Assembly (NCBI GenBank): GCA_946401755.1
Contig: CAMIVH010000001.1
Span: forward strand, 1 to 40,237
Origin: an uncultured Bacillales bacterium
GTDB taxonomy: Bacteria > Bacillota_I > Bacilli_A > RFN20 > CAG-826
Direction: 5' to 3'
DNA: 40,237 nt
Shown: positions 26,699 through 37,858 of the stretch, one piece after another
Numbering within the stretch: position 1 is the first letter of the stretch
Layout of the letters: the number at the start of each line of letters is the position of its first letter
Notes under the pieces: generated by a model
Database searches by the model: none
What the model saw: the letters and a program-made list of their open reading frames with translations, nothing else
What the model was told of the DNA's origin: nothing
Program-made: the position numbers and the translations under genes

Positions 26699-26704
26699 AT
26701 ATGA

Positions 26705-26824
26705 GCATGTTGTCTTGCGCCATGAGAGAGCGCAAGCGCACGTGTGAAAGAGTACGTTCCGTGGAAGAGTGGCGATCACTCAATCACCACGGCACTGACA
26801 AATCTACAAAAGGAGGAAAGTCAA
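26705..26824 (+). promoter_or_regulatory. Structured, GC-rich 5' leader of the rplK-rplA operon (candidate L1/L11 autoregulatory leader)
   Basis: The segment is locally much more GC-rich than the flanking AT-rich spacer. It has a perfect 7-bp hairpin, CTTGCGC (26714-20) / GCGCAAG (26730-36). It also has mutually exclusive pairings: CCGTGG (26759-64) / CCACGG (26787-92) versus GTGGCGAT (26768-75) / ATCACCAC (26783-90). Confidence 0.5.
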
Positions 26825-27235
26825 GTGAAGAAAATCGCAAAAGTCGTGAAGATGGAACTTCCTGGTGGCGAAGCTAAACCAGGTCCAAAACTCGCTTCTG
26901 CTGGTGTCAACATGGGTAAATTCTGTACAGACTTTAACGCCAAGACCGCCGACAGAAAAGGTGAAATCGTTCCTGTTATCATCACAGCTTATGAAGACAA
27001 GTCCTGTGACTTTGTCATCAAAACCTCTCCAGTAGCGGGTTTAATCTTAAAAGCCGCTGGAATCCAAAAAGGTAGTGCCACTGGCCGTAAAGGCAAAGTT
27101 GGTAAAATTACCAGAGCTCAACTCAGACAAATCGCTGAATACAAGCTCCCAGATCTCAACTGCGAAGACATTGAGGCAGCTATGAGAATCGTTGAAGGCA
27201 GCGCCAACAATATGGGCGTTGAAGTCGTTGACTAA
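26825..27235 (+). CDS. rplK: 50S ribosomal protein L11
   Basis: GTG start at 26825, 8 nt after the SD AGGAGG (26811-16). The family N-terminus begins here (KKIAKVVKMELPGGEAKP...). The track's upstream ATG 26744 would add 27 codons across a GC-rich structured leader. Confidence 0.9.
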   Translation: MKKIAKVVKMELPGGEAKPGPKLASAGVNMGKFCTDFNAKTADRKGEIVPVIITAYEDKSCDFVIKTSPVAGLILKAAGIQKGSATGRKGKVGKITRAQLRQIAEYKLPDLNCEDIEAAMRIVEGSANNMGVEVVD

Positions 27236-27246
27236 GGTGAACGGAA

Positions 27247-27930
27247 ATGTTTAGAAGTAAAAACTACAGAGCCGCCGCTGAAAAAATCGACGCAAACAAA
27301 CTCTATACAATCGAAGAAGCAGCCGCTTTAGTGAAGGAAACCTCCACTGTTAAGTTCGATGCTACTATCGATGTCAGTTTCAAACTCAATGTCGACCCAA
27401 AACAAGCTGATCAACAAGTCAGAGGAACTCTCATCCTTCCACATGGTAACGGCAAAACCAAAAAGGTCTTAGCTATTACAGACAAAGTTGATGATGCATT
27501 AGCCGCTGGTGCCGATTTCGCTGGTGGTAACGAAATGCTCGATAAGATCCAAAAAGAAAACTGGTTCGACTTCGACGTCATCGTCGCTACACCAAACATG
27601 ATGGGTAACATCGGTAAATTAGGTAGAGTGTTAGGTCCTAAAGGCTTAATGCCAAACCCAAAGACTGGTACAGTTTCTCCAGATATCGCGAAAGCTATCA
27701 AAGAAATCAAAGCCGGTAAAGTTGAATATCGTGTTGACAAGGAAGCTAATATGCACGTGTGCATTGCTAAAGTGTCATTCGATGCCAACAAGATCGCCGA
27801 AAACTTAACCGCTTTAGTTGAAGCAGTTAAAAAGGCCCAACCAGCCGCTGTTAAAGGCGTCTACTTCAAAAAAGCTGTCATCCATACGACCATGGGTCCA
27901 GCCATTCAATTCACATTTGCTGGTCGTTAA
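27247..27930 (+). CDS. rplA: 50S ribosomal protein L1
   Basis: 227 aa, with [27 protein letters not shown] and EYRVDK motifs. Lies downstream of rplK. Confidence 0.95.
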   Translation: MFRSKNYRAAAEKIDANKLYTIEEAAALVKETSTVKFDATIDVSFKLNVDPKQADQQVRGTLILPHGNGKTKKVLAITDKVDDALAAGADFAGGNEMLDKIQKENWFDFDVIVATPNMMGNIGKLGRVLGPKGLMPNPKTGTVSPDIAKAIKEIKAGKVEYRVDKEANMHVCIAKVSFDANKIAENLTALVEAVKKAQPAAVKGVYFKKAVIHTTMGPAIQFTFAGR

Positions 27931-28060
27931 TCAAATCAAAGCACAATATACCAAAGACAGTAACGGACGAAGCAGTCTTAATAATGTTACCGAGGCGTAT
28001 GCATAAAGCCCACCGTATATTGGAGCCTTCAAACAATTTTAGAAAAAGGAGGTCAAGAAT
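27931..28060 (+). promoter_or_regulatory. rplJ leader, probable L10(L12)4-binding ribosomal protein leader (L10_leader-like)
   Basis: 130-nt spacer between rplA and rplJ. The segment CCAAAGACAGTAAC...GTTACCGAGG forms a GTAAC/GTTAC stem. This is the position where Firmicutes carry the L10 leader. Motif recognition is from memory and has not been tested against a covariance model. Confidence 0.5.
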
Positions 28061-28546
28061 ATGAATCAAGCAGTCTTAGCAGCTAAAACAGAGACAGTGA
28101 AAACTATCACCGAAAAAGCTAAAGAGAGCCAAACCATTATCGTTTGTGAATACCGTGGTTTAACAGTTGCCCAAATTCAAGAAGTCAGACGTGCTCTTCA
28201 CAAAGAAAACGCTGAAATGAACGTTTACAAGAATTCTCTCGTTGAACGTGCCGTTGATGAATTAGGTTACAACGAAATGAACGACATCTTAAAAGGTCCA
28301 AACGCTATCGTTTTCTCTAAAGATGTTATCGGCGGTGCCAAAGTCATTGCCAAATATGCTAAAAGACACAAAGACGTTCTCATCGTTAAAGGCGGTGTCG
28401 TCGAAGGTAAATTCGTTGACGCAGCCGGTATGCTCGAAGTTGCAAAACTTCCAGGCAAAGAAGGTCTTATTTCCATGTTCTTATCGTGCTTACAAGCACC
28501 TATCCGCTCCTTCGCTTGCGCTGTCAAGGCAGTAGCGGACAAATAA
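28061..28546 (+). CDS. rplJ: 50S ribosomal protein L10
   Basis: 161 aa with a typical L10 pattern (EYRGLTV.Q..E.R..L). AAGGAGG SD. Followed by rplL. Confidence 0.95.
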   Translation: MNQAVLAAKTETVKTITEKAKESQTIIVCEYRGLTVAQIQEVRRALHKENAEMNVYKNSLVERAVDELGYNEMNDILKGPNAIVFSKDVIGGAKVIAKYAKRHKDVLIVKGGVVEGKFVDAAGMLEVAKLPGKEGLISMFLSCLQAPIRSFACAVKAVADK

Positions 28547-28570
28547 TGCCAATTTAGGAGGATTAATACT

Positions 28571-28948
28571 ATGGCAAAATTAACAAATGAAGAAATCATT
28601 GCTGCATTAAAAGAAATGACAGTAGTGGAATTAAATGAATTAGTCAAAGCCGTCGAAGCAGAATTCGGCGTCACAGCAGCCGCCCCAGTCGGTGTTGCAG
28701 CTGCCGCTCCAGCTGAAGAAGAAGAAAACAAAGGTCCAGCAGAAGTTTCCTTAATCTTAAAGGCCGCTGGTGCTTCCAAAGTCCAAGTCATCAAAGCTGT
28801 CCAAGCTATCACAGGCTTAGGCTTAATGGATGCTAAGAAGTTAGTTGACGCTGCTCCAGCTCCAGTCAAAGAACACATCTCCCCAGTCGAAGCTGAAGAA
28901 CACAAGAAAGCTCTCGAAGCCGCTGGTGCAGAAGTCGAAGTTAAGTAA
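28571..28948 (+). CDS. rplL: 50S ribosomal protein L7/L12
   Basis: 125 aa with an Ala-rich hinge and C-terminal [20 protein letters not shown]...EAGAEVEVK. Confidence 0.96.
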   Translation: MAKLTNEEIIAALKEMTVVELNELVKAVEAEFGVTAAAPVGVAAAAPAEEEENKGPAEVSLILKAAGASKVQVIKAVQAITGLGLMDAKKLVDAAPAPVKEHISPVEAEEHKKALEAAGAEVEVK

Positions 28949-28984
28949 GTTCCAAATTTCATTTTTAGGGGGTAATTTCGCCTA

Positions 28985-29590
28985 ATGAGTCACTATTTTC
29001 AAGACGATCCTAATCTTGTTTCAAACATCAAAGAGATCACCTTTGAAATTAATGGCATCACTATGAAATTACTCACTGATAATGGTGTATTTTCTAAGAA
29101 TAATGTCGATGAGGGTAGTTATGCCTTTCTAAAGGTCTTACTACCCCTCGACTTAGGAAATCACATTCTCGATTTAGGTTGTGGCTATGGCACGATTGGC
29201 TTAACTCTTGCCAAAGCCCATGAAGAAGCAAGAATTACTCTTGCTGATGTTAATCCGCGCGCAGTTGCGCTATGTGAACGCAACGCAGGATTACTAAACT
29301 TAAGCCCACGAGTCACTATCCTTCAAAGTGACATCTATGAAAAGATTGAAGGACCATATGATTCAATTGTTGTTAATCCACCGATTCGTGCGGGTAAGAC
29401 GGTTACTTACCGCATGTATGAGGAGGCAAAGCAATATTTAATTGATGGCGGCTCTTTGTACATCGTGATTAGAAAAGCCCAAGGCGCAGAAAGTGCGAGT
29501 CGATATATCGAAACTATCTTCGGTAATGTCACACTTCTCAAACGCGAAAAAGGTTACTACATCTACCGTGCAACTAAGAGCAAACAGTAA
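28985..29590 (+). CDS. Class I SAM-dependent methyltransferase (RsmC/YbxB-like, MTS domain)
   Basis: SAM motif [11 protein letters not shown] and NPPxH-like VVNPPIRAG. Its position between rplL and rpoB matches B. subtilis ybxB. Confidence 0.85.
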   Translation: MSHYFQDDPNLVSNIKEITFEINGITMKLLTDNGVFSKNNVDEGSYAFLKVLLPLDLGNHILDLGCGYGTIGLTLAKAHEEARITLADVNPRAVALCERNAGLLNLSPRVTILQSDIYEKIEGPYDSIVVNPPIRAGKTVTYRMYEEAKQYLIDGGSLYIVIRKAQGAESASRYIETIFGNVTLLKREKGYYIYRATKSKQ

Positions 29591-29607
29591 GCAAAAGGAG
29601 CCATTAT

Positions 29608-32600
29608 ATGATTAGAAATATTGAGAACTTAAACAAACTCAACAATGATCGTTACGATTACAGTAAGATCTCTGGCAAATTACCTTTACCAAATCTTGTT
29701 GAAATCCAAACTAAATCATACGAAGAGTTTAAGGAAAAAGGATTAGACGAAGTCTTCAGAGAATCTTTCCCAATTGTTAACTACACAAATACATTATCAA
29801 TTGACTACGTCTCCATCCGTTTTGGTGAACCAAAGCATACATTCTTACAATGTAAAGCTCAAGACCTCACCTATAGTGCGCCTATTTACGTCATGTTACG
29901 TTTAACTCACCATGACACAGGTGAAATCCAAGAATCTGAAGTCTATATGGGTGAATTCCCATTAATGACCAAGTCTGGTACATTCATCGTCAATGGTGCT
30001 GAACGTGTTATTGTTTCCCAATTAGTTCGTTCCCCAGGCGCATACATGTCTTTAACAAAAGATATAAAGACAGGCAAAGTTACTTACGAAGCAGACCTCA
30101 TTCCTGGTCGTGGTACTTGGTTACAATTCGAAAGCGGCACAAAAGATTTATTAAGTGTCCGTATCGATAGACAAAGAAAGTTAAATGCCACAACATTCTT
30201 AAGAGCATTAGGCTTAGAAGAAAATAACGACATTTTAAAACTCTTTGGCGAATCCGAAGCCCTCAAAGTCACTTTAGCAAAAGATGATGATCAAAAGACC
30301 AAAACAGCTAAAGCTGCCTTAGTGGAAATCTTCAAGAAGATGAAACCAGGTGAACCAGTTACTGAAGAAGGTACTATCAATTTCTTAGTACAAAAATTCT
30401 TCGATGGCAAACACTATGACTTAGGTAGAGCAGGCCGCTTTAAATACATTAAGAAACTTGGCGTGTATAACAGATTAACTGGTCGTACCCTCGCGGAAAA
30501 CCTCGTCGACGCTGACGGTGAACTCCGCTTCAAGAAAGGCTACACCTTAACCGCCGCTGATGTCGATGCGTTAAGAGATGAAGAATTCTTCGAAAAGGGT
30601 GCCCACATGAAGAAACTCAAAGTCAACGATAAGCTTGATGACCACGGCATTGTCAACATTGTCAAAGTCTACAACAACGATCGTGAAAAGAAAGTTTGTA
30701 ACATTGTTGGTACAGACTTAAATGGCACAGTTTCCTATGTGACAATCAGTGACATCCTCGCCTGTTTCTCCTATTTCTTAAATGTTATGGATGGATTCGG
30801 TGATACCGATGATATCGACCATTTAGGTAATAGACGTATCCGTTGTGTTGGCGAATTGATTCAAAATCAATTCCGTTTAGGTTTAGCCAAAATGGTTAAG
30901 ACCGTCCAACAAAAGATGTCCATTTCTGATTTAGGCAATGTCAAACCAAAAGCCTTAATCAACCCACGTCCATTATCTGCGAGTATTAGAGAATTCTTCG
31001 CATCTTCTCAATTATCACAGTTCATGGATCAAACCAATCCTCTCGCTGAATTAACCAATAAGAGAAGATTATCCGCTTTAGGTCCTGGTGGTTTAACTAG
31101 AGATAGAGCTAGTACTGAAGTTCGTGACGTTCACGTTTCTCACTATGGTCGTATTTGTCCAATTGAAACACCTGAAGGTCAAAACATCGGTTTAATTAAC
31201 AACCTCGCCTCATACGCGAAAATTAATAAATATGGATTTATTGAAACTCCATACAGACGCGTGGATAAGGCTACATGCCGTGTCTTAAGCGAACCAGAAG
31301 ATTCCGTTTATTTATCCGCTGATGAAGAATGGGACTATGTTATCGCTGAAGCCAACATCAACCTTGATGCTGATGGCACAATCCTCGATGAACAAGTTAT
31401 CGCCCGTTATAAAGGTGAAAACGTTATGGCTAGTAGAGAAGATGTCGACTATGTCGACGTTTCCCCAAAACAAATCGTTTCCATCGCTGCGGGTTGTATC
31501 CCATTCCTCGAAAACGACGATACAATGCGTGCCCTTATGGGTTCTAACATGCAACGTCAAGCCTTACCATTATTAAGACCACACGCGCCATTCGTTGGTA
31601 CTGGTCTTGAACATCAAATTGCCCGTGACTCTGGCTTAGCAGTGGTCGCCGTGGAAGATGGTACTGTCACTTATACCGATTCCCGCACCATTGAAGTGAC
31701 AGAAAAGGGTAGCAATGAACCAAGAATCTACCAACTTCAAAAATTCGAAAGATCCAACCAAGGTACATGTATCAACCAAACAAGTATCGTCAAAGTTGGT
31801 CAAAAAGTTAAAAAAGGTCAAATCATCGCTGATGGTCCAGCCATGCAAAACGGTGATCTTGCCTTAGGTCAAAACGTCACCATCGCCTTCATGACATGGA
31901 ACGGTTACAACTATGAAGACGCCGTTATTATGTCTGAAAGATTAGTGAAAGATGACGTTTATACATCTATCCATATTGAAAAATATGAACTCGAATGCAG
32001 AAGCATTCCAAAATTAGGTGATGAAGAAATCACCCGCGATATTCCAAACGTCAGCGAAGCTGCTAAAGCTAACTTAGACGAACGTGGTATTATCGTTCCA
32101 GGCGCAGAAGTGAAAGAAGGCGACATCTTAGTCGGTAAAGTCACTCCTCGTGGCCAAAGCGAACCAACTCCAGAAGGCAAATTATTAATGGCCATCTTTG
32201 GTGAAAAGACCAATGAAGGTAAAGATGCCTCCTTACGTGTTCCTCACGGTGGTGCTGGTATCGTTCTTGACGTTAAGATTTTCAAACGTGAAGGCAAATC
32301 CAAAGACGTTGAATTACCTCCAGGTGTCAACGAAGTCGTCCGTGTCTATATCGTCCAAAAGAGAAAGATTTCCGAAGGTGATAAGATGTCCGGTCGTCAC
32401 GGTAACAAGGGTGTTATTTCCCGTATCTTACCAGAATGCGATATGCCATTCCTTCCAGATGGTACACCAGTTGACATCATGCTCAACCCATTAGGCGTTC
32501 CATCTCGTATGAATATCGGTCAAATTCTTGAAGTCCACTTAGGCTATGCCTTAAAACAATTAGGCTATAAGATTGCCACTCCAGTTTTCGATGGTATTAC

Positions 32601-33228
32601 CAATGAAGAAATCTTGGATATGATGCAAAAAGCCAAAATGGATCCATCCGGCAAGACAGTCTTATATGACGGCACAACCGGTGAAAGATTTGACGAAAGA
32701 ATTACCGTTGGCTGTATGTACATGATTAAACTTGTCCACATGGTCGATGATAAATTACACGCTCGTGCAACTGGTCCATATAGCTTAGTTACACAACAAC
32801 CACTCGGTGGTAAAGCACAAAATGGTGGTCAAAGATTTGGTGAAATGGAAGTCTGGGCTCTTGAAGCTTATGGCGCCGCCCATGTCTTACAAGAAATCAT
32901 CACCATTAAGTCCGATGACCGCGTCGGTAGAAGAAAGACCTACGAAGCGATCATTAAAGATCAACAATTACCAAAACCAGGCATTCCAGAAGCCTTCAAG
33001 GTTTTAGTTAAAGAATTACAAGCCTTATCCATGAACGTCACTCTTCTTGACCAAGAAGGTAACGCCATCGATATGGACGCTCTTGCTAAAGAAGCCGAGA
33101 AGGAAGAAAGAAGAATCAACTCTAACATCCGTAACCTTATCGGTGATGGTAGTAGTGGTGATTCCGTGGTTGATGAAGAAGCCGTCGGTATGTCATCTCG
33201 CTCAGCGGATGACGTGTTCGGAGAATAG
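29608..33228 (+). CDS. rpoB: DNA-directed RNA polymerase beta subunit
   Basis: 1206 aa, with conserved blocks [25 protein letters not shown] and [19 protein letters not shown]. Confidence 0.98.
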   Translation: MIRNIENLNKLNNDRYDYSKISGKLPLPNLVEIQTKSYEEFKEKGLDEVFRESFPIVNYTNTLSIDYVSIRFGEPKHTFLQCKAQDLTYSAPIYVMLRLTHHDTGEIQESEVYMGEFPLMTKSGTFIVNGAERVIVSQLVRSPGAYMSLTKDIKTGKVTYEADLIPGRGTWLQFESGTKDLLSVRIDRQRKLNATTFLRALGLEENNDILKLFGESEALKVTLAKDDDQKTKTAKAALVEIFKKMKPGEPVTEEGTINFLVQKFFDGKHYDLGRAGRFKYIKKLGVYNRLTGRTLAENLVDADGELRFKKGYTLTAADVDALRDEEFFEKGAHMKKLKVNDKLDDHGIVNIVKVYNNDREKKVCNIVGTDLNGTVSYVTISDILACFSYFLNVMDGFGDTDDIDHLGNRRIRCVGELIQNQFRLGLAKMVKTVQQKMSISDLGNVKPKALINPRPLSASIREFFASSQLSQFMDQTNPLAELTNKRRLSALGPGGLTRDRASTEVRDVHVSHYGRICPIETPEGQNIGLINNLASYAKINKYGFIETPYRRVDKATCRVLSEPEDSVYLSADEEWDYVIAEANINLDADGTILDEQVIARYKGENVMASREDVDYVDVSPKQIVSIAAGCIPFLENDDTMRALMGSNMQRQALPLLRPHAPFVGTGLEHQIARDSGLAVVAVEDGTVTYTDSRTIEVTEKGSNEPRIYQLQKFERSNQGTCINQTSIVKVGQKVKKGQIIADGPAMQNGDLALGQNVTIAFMTWNGYNYEDAVIMSERLVKDDVYTSIHIEKYELECRSIPKLGDEEITRDIPNVSEAAKANLDERGIIVPGAEVKEGDILVGKVTPRGQSEPTPEGKLLMAIFGEKTNEGKDASLRVPHGGAGIVLDVKIFKREGKSKDVELPPGVNEVVRVYIVQKRKISEGDKMSGRHGNKGVISRILPECDMPFLPDGTPVDIMLNPLGVPSRMNIGQILEVHLGYALKQLGYKIATPVFDGITNEEILDMMQKAKMDPSGKTVLYDGTTGERFDERITVGCMYMIKLVHMVDDKLHARATGPYSLVTQQPLGGKAQNGGQRFGEMEVWALEAYGAAHVLQEIITIKSDDRVGRRKTYEAIIKDQQLPKPGIPEAFKVLVKELQALSMNVTLLDQEGNAIDMDALAKEAEKEERRINSNIRNLIGDGSSGDSVVDEEAVGMSSRSADDVFGE

Positions 33229-33242
33229 GAGGATAAAAGATT

Positions 33243-36200
33243 ATGTTTGATGTTAAAAGATTAGCAGCGATTAAAGTCGGTTTAGCCTCCCCTGAAACAA
33301 TCCGTAGTTGGAGCCATGGTGAAGTTTTAAAACCAGAAACCATCAACTATCGTAGCCAAAAACCTGAAATGCAAGGTTTATACTGCGAAAAGATCTTTGG
33401 ACCTAGCAAAGACTATGAATGTCACTGTGGTAAATATAAGAAAATTAGATTTGCCGGTGTCGTTTGTGAAAAGTGTGGCGTTGAAGTCACTTCTAAAGAA
33501 GTTAGAAGAGAAAGAATGGGTCACATTGAACTTGCTAGCCCATGTTCACACATTTGGTATTTAAAAGGTATCCCAAGCCGTATTGGCTTAATCTTAGATG
33601 TTTCTCCAAAACACTTAGAAGAAGTCACATACTACGCTGCCCATATCTGTTTAAATCCAGGTAAATCCTCAGTCCTCACATACCGTGAATTCATCAACGA
33701 AAGAAACGGTCGTGAAGTCTTTATCCCAGTCGTGAAAGAAATTCAACAAAACGCTGCGGAATGGGGTTTACAAGAAGGTAGCGATGATTGGGCCAGAAGT
33801 GAAGAATTAATCGCCAGAATGGAAAACCATGGTGAAGTCTTCGACTTCCAAACCGTCGCTAGATTCATTAACAAATACACAGGTGCGGAATTCTCTGAAG
33901 GTGCCGCTGCGATTAAGAGACTTTTACAAGAAGTCGACTTAGATAAAGAAGCCGCGGAAATCAACAGAAAGATGAAGGAAACAAAATCCACATCCCGTCA
34001 AAAACTCACTAAGAGATTAGAAGTTATTGAAGCGTTCCGTAACTCTGACAATAGACCTGAATGGATGATCTTAGATGTCATTCCAGTCATTCCACCAGAT
34101 TTAAGACCAATGTTACAACTCGATGGTGGTAGATTTGCTACCTCCGACTTAAACGACTTATATCGTAGAGTTATCTCCCGTAATAACCGTTTAAAGAAGT
34201 TGATTGACATGAATTCTCCTCAAGTTATCTTGATGAACGAAAAACGTATGCTTCAAGAAGCTGTTGACGCTTTAATTGATAACGGTAGAAGAAATAAACC
34301 AGTCCAAGGTCCTGGTGGCCGTGCCCTTAAGTCCTTAAGTAGTGCACTTAAAGGTAAACAAGGTCGTTTCAGACAAAACTTACTTGGTAAACGTGTCGAC
34401 TACTCTGGTCGTTCCGTTATTGCCGTTGGTCCATTCTTAAAGATGTATCAATGTGGTTTACCAAGAGAAATGGCTATTCAATTATTAAGACCATTTATCG
34501 CTTGTGAACTCTTAAAGAGAGGTGTCGCTAACGCACACAAACAAGCCGATAAGATCATTGATAGATACGATGATGTCGTCTTCGATATCGTTGAAGAAAT
34601 CATTTCTAAGCACCCAGTTTTATTAAACCGTGCTCCTACATTACATAGACTTGGTATCCAAGCCTTCCAACCAATCTTAGTTGATGGTCGTGCCATCCGT
34701 TTACACCCACTCGTTTGTACAGGTTTCAACGCTGACTTCGATGGTGACCAAATGGCCGTTCACGTCCCATTATCTAAAGCCGCTCAAGAAGAAGCTTTAC
34801 ACTTAATGTTAGCCTCTAATAACATTCTTGGTCCTAAAGATGGTAAACCAATCGTTACTCCATCCCAAGACATGGTTATTGGTAACTACTATTTAACACT
34901 TGAAAGCACAAAAGAAGACTTCTTAAGAATCGCTAAAGAGTTACACGCTCGTAAAGATGATGAAGAAGCCGAAAGATATGAACTCTATGCTGCTAGTGAA
35001 GGTAAAGTCTTCAAAGACGTCGATGATGTCATTAGAGCTTATCAAACACACCAAGTTCACTTACATAACCGTATTGCCTTATTAGGTAGTGCGATGATGA
35101 AGAAGGATTTCACCGAAGAACAAAATAAGAGCTACTTAATCACTTCTGTTGGTAAAGTAATCTTCAACTTTATCTTCCCAAGTGACTTCCCATATTTAAA
35201 CGAAGTGAGTGGTGCTTCCTTAAGAGGCGACCAAGAAGTGGTCAAGACATATTTTGCCCCACGTGGTACAAATATTCCTGAATTCATCGCTGCTCGCCCA
35301 GTCTTAAAACCATTCAAGAAGAAAGAATTAGGTTTAATCATTAACGAAATCTTCCAACGTTATGATCGTCAAGGTAATCCAAAGACATCCGCCGTTTTGG
35401 ATAAGATTAAAGACCAAGGCTTCCATTATTCTACAGTAGCTGGCTTAACCGTTTCCTTAAGTGATATCCACGCTGTTAAAGGCAAAGAAGAAATCTTAAA
35501 AGATGGTGATAACAAAGTCGCTAACTTAAAAGAATTATACGAAATGGGTATGTTAACCAATGAAGAAAGACATAAACAAGTCGTTGAAGTCTGGGAAAAA
35601 GTTAAAGACCAAGTTCAAAAGAAACTTGAAGTTCAATTCAAACAAGATACACGTAACCCAATCTTCATGATGTCTGATTCCGGTGCTCGTGGTAATATTT
35701 CCAATATTCTCCAATTAGCCGGTATGAGAGGCTTGATGGGTAGTACTTCTGGTTCTACTATCGAACTCCCAGTTAAATCATGCTTCCGTGAAGGTATGAA
35801 CGTGTCTGAATTCTTTATCGCCACCCACGGTGCTCGTAAGGGTGGTGCTGATACCGCGTTAAAGACCGCTGACTCTGGTTACTTAACTAGAAGATTAGTC
35901 GACGTCTCTCAAGACGTTATCGTCCGTGAAGAAGACTGTGGTACTGACCACGGCTTCGAAGTCTTTGAAATCAGAGACTCCGCAAGAGATGCTGTCATCG
36001 TTAAACTCGAAGATCGTTTAGTTGGTCGTTTCGCTCTCAATGATGTCGTTAATCCACAAACTGGTGAAGTTATCGTTGCTGGTAACACCATGATTCACGA
36101 AGACGAAGCTAAAGCTATCGTCAATGCTGGTATTAAATCCGTTGTCATTCGTAACTTATTCGGTTGTGAAACAAAAGATGGTGTCTGCGTACACTGCTAT

Positions 36201-37169
36201 GGTCGTAACTTAGCGACAGGTAGAAGAGTTCAAGTTGGTGAAGCAGTTGGTATTATGGCTGCTCAATCAATTGGTGAACCAGGTACCCAATTAACCATGA
36301 GAACATTCCACACCGGTGGTGTTGCGGGTTCCGATATTACTCAAGGTTTACCTCGTGTTCAAGAATTATTCGAAGCACGTACTCCAAAGGGTGAAGCTTT
36401 AATTAGTGAAATCTCTGGTACAGTCACCAAGATCGAAGAAAAGAATGGTTGCTACTTAGTGACCGTTAAGAACGATCTTGATGAAAAAGAATACACCACA
36501 AACTTCGGTGCAAGATTAAGAGTCAAGAAAGGTGACTTCGTCAGAAACGGCGGTAAGATCACTGAAGGCGCTATCTCACCTAAGAAGTTACTTGAAGTCG
36601 CTGATGTTACAGCGGTTGAAAACTACATCTTAAAAGAAGTCCAAAAGGTTTATAGTGCGCAATCCATCGGTATTTCCGATAAGCACATCGAAGTTATCGT
36701 CAGACAAATGTTAAGAAAAGTCTTAGTCATTGAAGCTGGTGATACCGATATGTTAAGCGGCACACGTGTGAACGTTAATACATTCACCGCGAAGAACACT
36801 GATGCCATCTTAAGTGGCAAACACCCAGCCGTCTTCTCACCATTAATTCTTGGTATTACAAAGTCCGCTTTGGAAACAGAATCCTTCTTATCCGCGGCTT
36901 CCTTCCAAGAAACAACCCGTGTCTTAACAGATGCTGCTATCAAGGGCAAAACCGACTACTTACACGGCTTAAAAGAAAACGTCATTACCGGTCACCTTAT
37001 CCCAGCGGGTCGTGGCTTGGTCAACGATTCCATCTCTGATGAAATCTCCAACAACTTCGATGTCTTAGACACCATGAGAGAAGTCAGCGATAGATACGTT
37101 GAAGAACACGAAAGAAAAGTTAAAGAAATTAACGAAAAGATTCGTGTCTTAGACGAAGATAAGAAGTAG
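33243..37169 (+). CDS. rpoC: DNA-directed RNA polymerase beta' subunit
   Basis: 1308 aa, with a Zn-finger (CHCGKYK...CEKCG), the catalytic [12 protein letters not shown] motif and trigger-loop/bridge-helix blocks. Confidence 0.98.
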   Translation: MFDVKRLAAIKVGLASPETIRSWSHGEVLKPETINYRSQKPEMQGLYCEKIFGPSKDYECHCGKYKKIRFAGVVCEKCGVEVTSKEVRRERMGHIELASPCSHIWYLKGIPSRIGLILDVSPKHLEEVTYYAAHICLNPGKSSVLTYREFINERNGREVFIPVVKEIQQNAAEWGLQEGSDDWARSEELIARMENHGEVFDFQTVARFINKYTGAEFSEGAAAIKRLLQEVDLDKEAAEINRKMKETKSTSRQKLTKRLEVIEAFRNSDNRPEWMILDVIPVIPPDLRPMLQLDGGRFATSDLNDLYRRVISRNNRLKKLIDMNSPQVILMNEKRMLQEAVDALIDNGRRNKPVQGPGGRALKSLSSALKGKQGRFRQNLLGKRVDYSGRSVIAVGPFLKMYQCGLPREMAIQLLRPFIACELLKRGVANAHKQADKIIDRYDDVVFDIVEEIISKHPVLLNRAPTLHRLGIQAFQPILVDGRAIRLHPLVCTGFNADFDGDQMAVHVPLSKAAQEEALHLMLASNNILGPKDGKPIVTPSQDMVIGNYYLTLESTKEDFLRIAKELHARKDDEEAERYELYAASEGKVFKDVDDVIRAYQTHQVHLHNRIALLGSAMMKKDFTEEQNKSYLITSVGKVIFNFIFPSDFPYLNEVSGASLRGDQEVVKTYFAPRGTNIPEFIAARPVLKPFKKKELGLIINEIFQRYDRQGNPKTSAVLDKIKDQGFHYSTVAGLTVSLSDIHAVKGKEEILKDGDNKVANLKELYEMGMLTNEERHKQVVEVWEKVKDQVQKKLEVQFKQDTRNPIFMMSDSGARGNISNILQLAGMRGLMGSTSGSTIELPVKSCFREGMNVSEFFIATHGARKGGADTALKTADSGYLTRRLVDVSQDVIVREEDCGTDHGFEVFEIRDSARDAVIVKLEDRLVGRFALNDVVNPQTGEVIVAGNTMIHEDEAKAIVNAGIKSVVIRNLFGCETKDGVCVHCYGRNLATGRRVQVGEAVGIMAAQSIGEPGTQLTMRTFHTGGVAGSDITQGLPRVQELFEARTPKGEALISEISGTVTKIEEKNGCYLVTVKNDLDEKEYTTNFGARLRVKKGDFVRNGGKITEGAISPKKLLEVADVTAVENYILKEVQKVYSAQSIGISDKHIEVIVRQMLRKVLVIEAGDTDMLSGTRVNVNTFTAKNTDAILSGKHPAVFSPLILGITKSALETESFLSAASFQETTRVLTDAAIKGKTDYLHGLKENVITGHLIPAGRGLVNDSISDEISNNFDVLDTMREVSDRYVEEHERKVKEINEKIRVLDEDKK

Positions 37170-37186
37170 TTAAAACTTCAAACAAT

Positions 37187-37215
37187 AAGAGTCATCCAAT
37201 TGGGTGACTCTTTTT
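37187..37215 (+). terminator. Rho-independent terminator after rpoC
   Basis: Stem AAGAGTCATCC / GGGTGACTCTT with an AATT loop and one G.U pair, followed by a T-run. Confidence 0.75.
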
Positions 37216-37230
37216 CTTTACTTGTTCTTA

Positions 37231-37259
37231 TTGAAAACAAAAAATCTATTTGAGAAAAT
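37231..37259 (+). promoter_or_regulatory. Candidate sigma-A promoter upstream of the ECF sigma gene
   Basis: TTGAAA (37231-36), a 17-nt spacer, then GAAAAT (37254-59) preceded by TGa. Confidence 0.3.
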
Positions 37260-37314
37260 AACAAGTGATTATCAAGAAATAAGATAATCGGTAGCAATTA
37301 GAAATATAAAAAAT

Positions 37315-37339
37315 AACAGTTTTTCTATTCTAATTCGTC
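37315..37339 (+). promoter_or_regulatory. Candidate ECF-type autoregulatory promoter (AAC ... CGTC)
   Basis: ATAAC (37313-17), 18 nt, then CGTC (37336-39), about 20 nt upstream of the sigma ATG. The spacer is 1-2 nt longer than classic ECF promoters. Confidence 0.25.
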
Positions 37340-37359
37340 TTAATAAGTGAGAGGTGCAA

Positions 37360-37857
37360 ATGAGCATTTCATCAAAAACCATCCAAGGCTTCATCCTAGG
37401 TGATCAAGAAGCGATTGGTGAGGTCTATGACGAGTACAAGAATCTAATGTACTTCGTTATCGCTTCCTATATCTCTCTTCCAGAAGATTGCGAAGATGTT
37501 TTAAGTGAGTCTTTCATTAAGGCTATTAACAATAGGGCTAATATCAAAGATCCAAGTAGCCTAAAAACTTACTTAACCGCAATCGCAAGAAACCAAGCTC
37601 TTGATTTCTTAAAAAAGAAAAGAGAAATCGCTAATAGTGAAGTCATTGATGAGATGTATGGTGAAACTGACCAATATAACGTCATGCTCAATATGTTAGA
37701 ACCTCTCCTCACTAATAAGGAGACCATTGTCACTTATTATAAAGCGGTCTTCCAATATACCTGGCCAGAAATCGTGGAATTAACGGGTATTAAAGAAAGC
37801 ACCGCTAGAAAGCTATATGCTGAGGCACTAGAGAAACTCAAAAAGGAGCTACGTTAA
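37360..37857 (+). CDS. ECF-type sigma-70 family RNA polymerase sigma factor
   Basis: 165 aa. Region 2-like segment DCEDVLSESFIKA...LKTYLTAIARNQALDFLKKKR and region 4 HTH YTWPEIVELTGIKESTARKLYAEALEKLK. I chose ATG 37360 with a GAGAGGTG SD; the track uses GTG 37354. Confidence 0.82.
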   Translation: MSISSKTIQGFILGDQEAIGEVYDEYKNLMYFVIASYISLPEDCEDVLSESFIKAINNRANIKDPSSLKTYLTAIARNQALDFLKKKREIANSEVIDEMYGETDQYNVMLNMLEPLLTNKETIVTYYKAVFQYTWPEIVELTGIKESTARKLYAEALEKLKKELR

Positions 37858-37858
37858 G

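Noticed and set aside
26545-26700. c-di-AMP (ydaO-type) riboswitch upstream of ktrB, and a THF riboswitch upstream of folT (22323-22329)
   Set aside because: The ktrB leader is short and AT-rich, with no GC-rich pseudo-symmetric helices. The folC-folT gap is 7 nt.
26689-26877. 62-aa ORF, plus the 27-codon N-terminal extension of rplK (track start 26744)
   Set aside because: Both traverse the GC-rich structured leader. L11 homology begins at the GTG (26825), which has a perfect AGGAGG SD. The upstream residues have no L11 counterpart.
28267-28962. 231-aa ORF on the minus strand spanning the rplJ 3' end, the spacer and all of rplL
   Set aside because: It is antisense to two highly conserved ribosomal protein genes. 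Its product is low-complexity and Ala/Ser/Thr-rich, as expected from reading GCN-rich Ala codons backwards. It has no SD or promoter context.
37261-37270. The 10-mer ACAAGTGATT is shared between the spacer upstream of the ECF sigma gene and the ktrB/rplK spacer palindrome (26611-20)
   Set aside because: Many chance 10-mer matches are expected in a 40-kb AT-rich window. At 37261 the sequence is not palindromic. There is no further flanking similarity.
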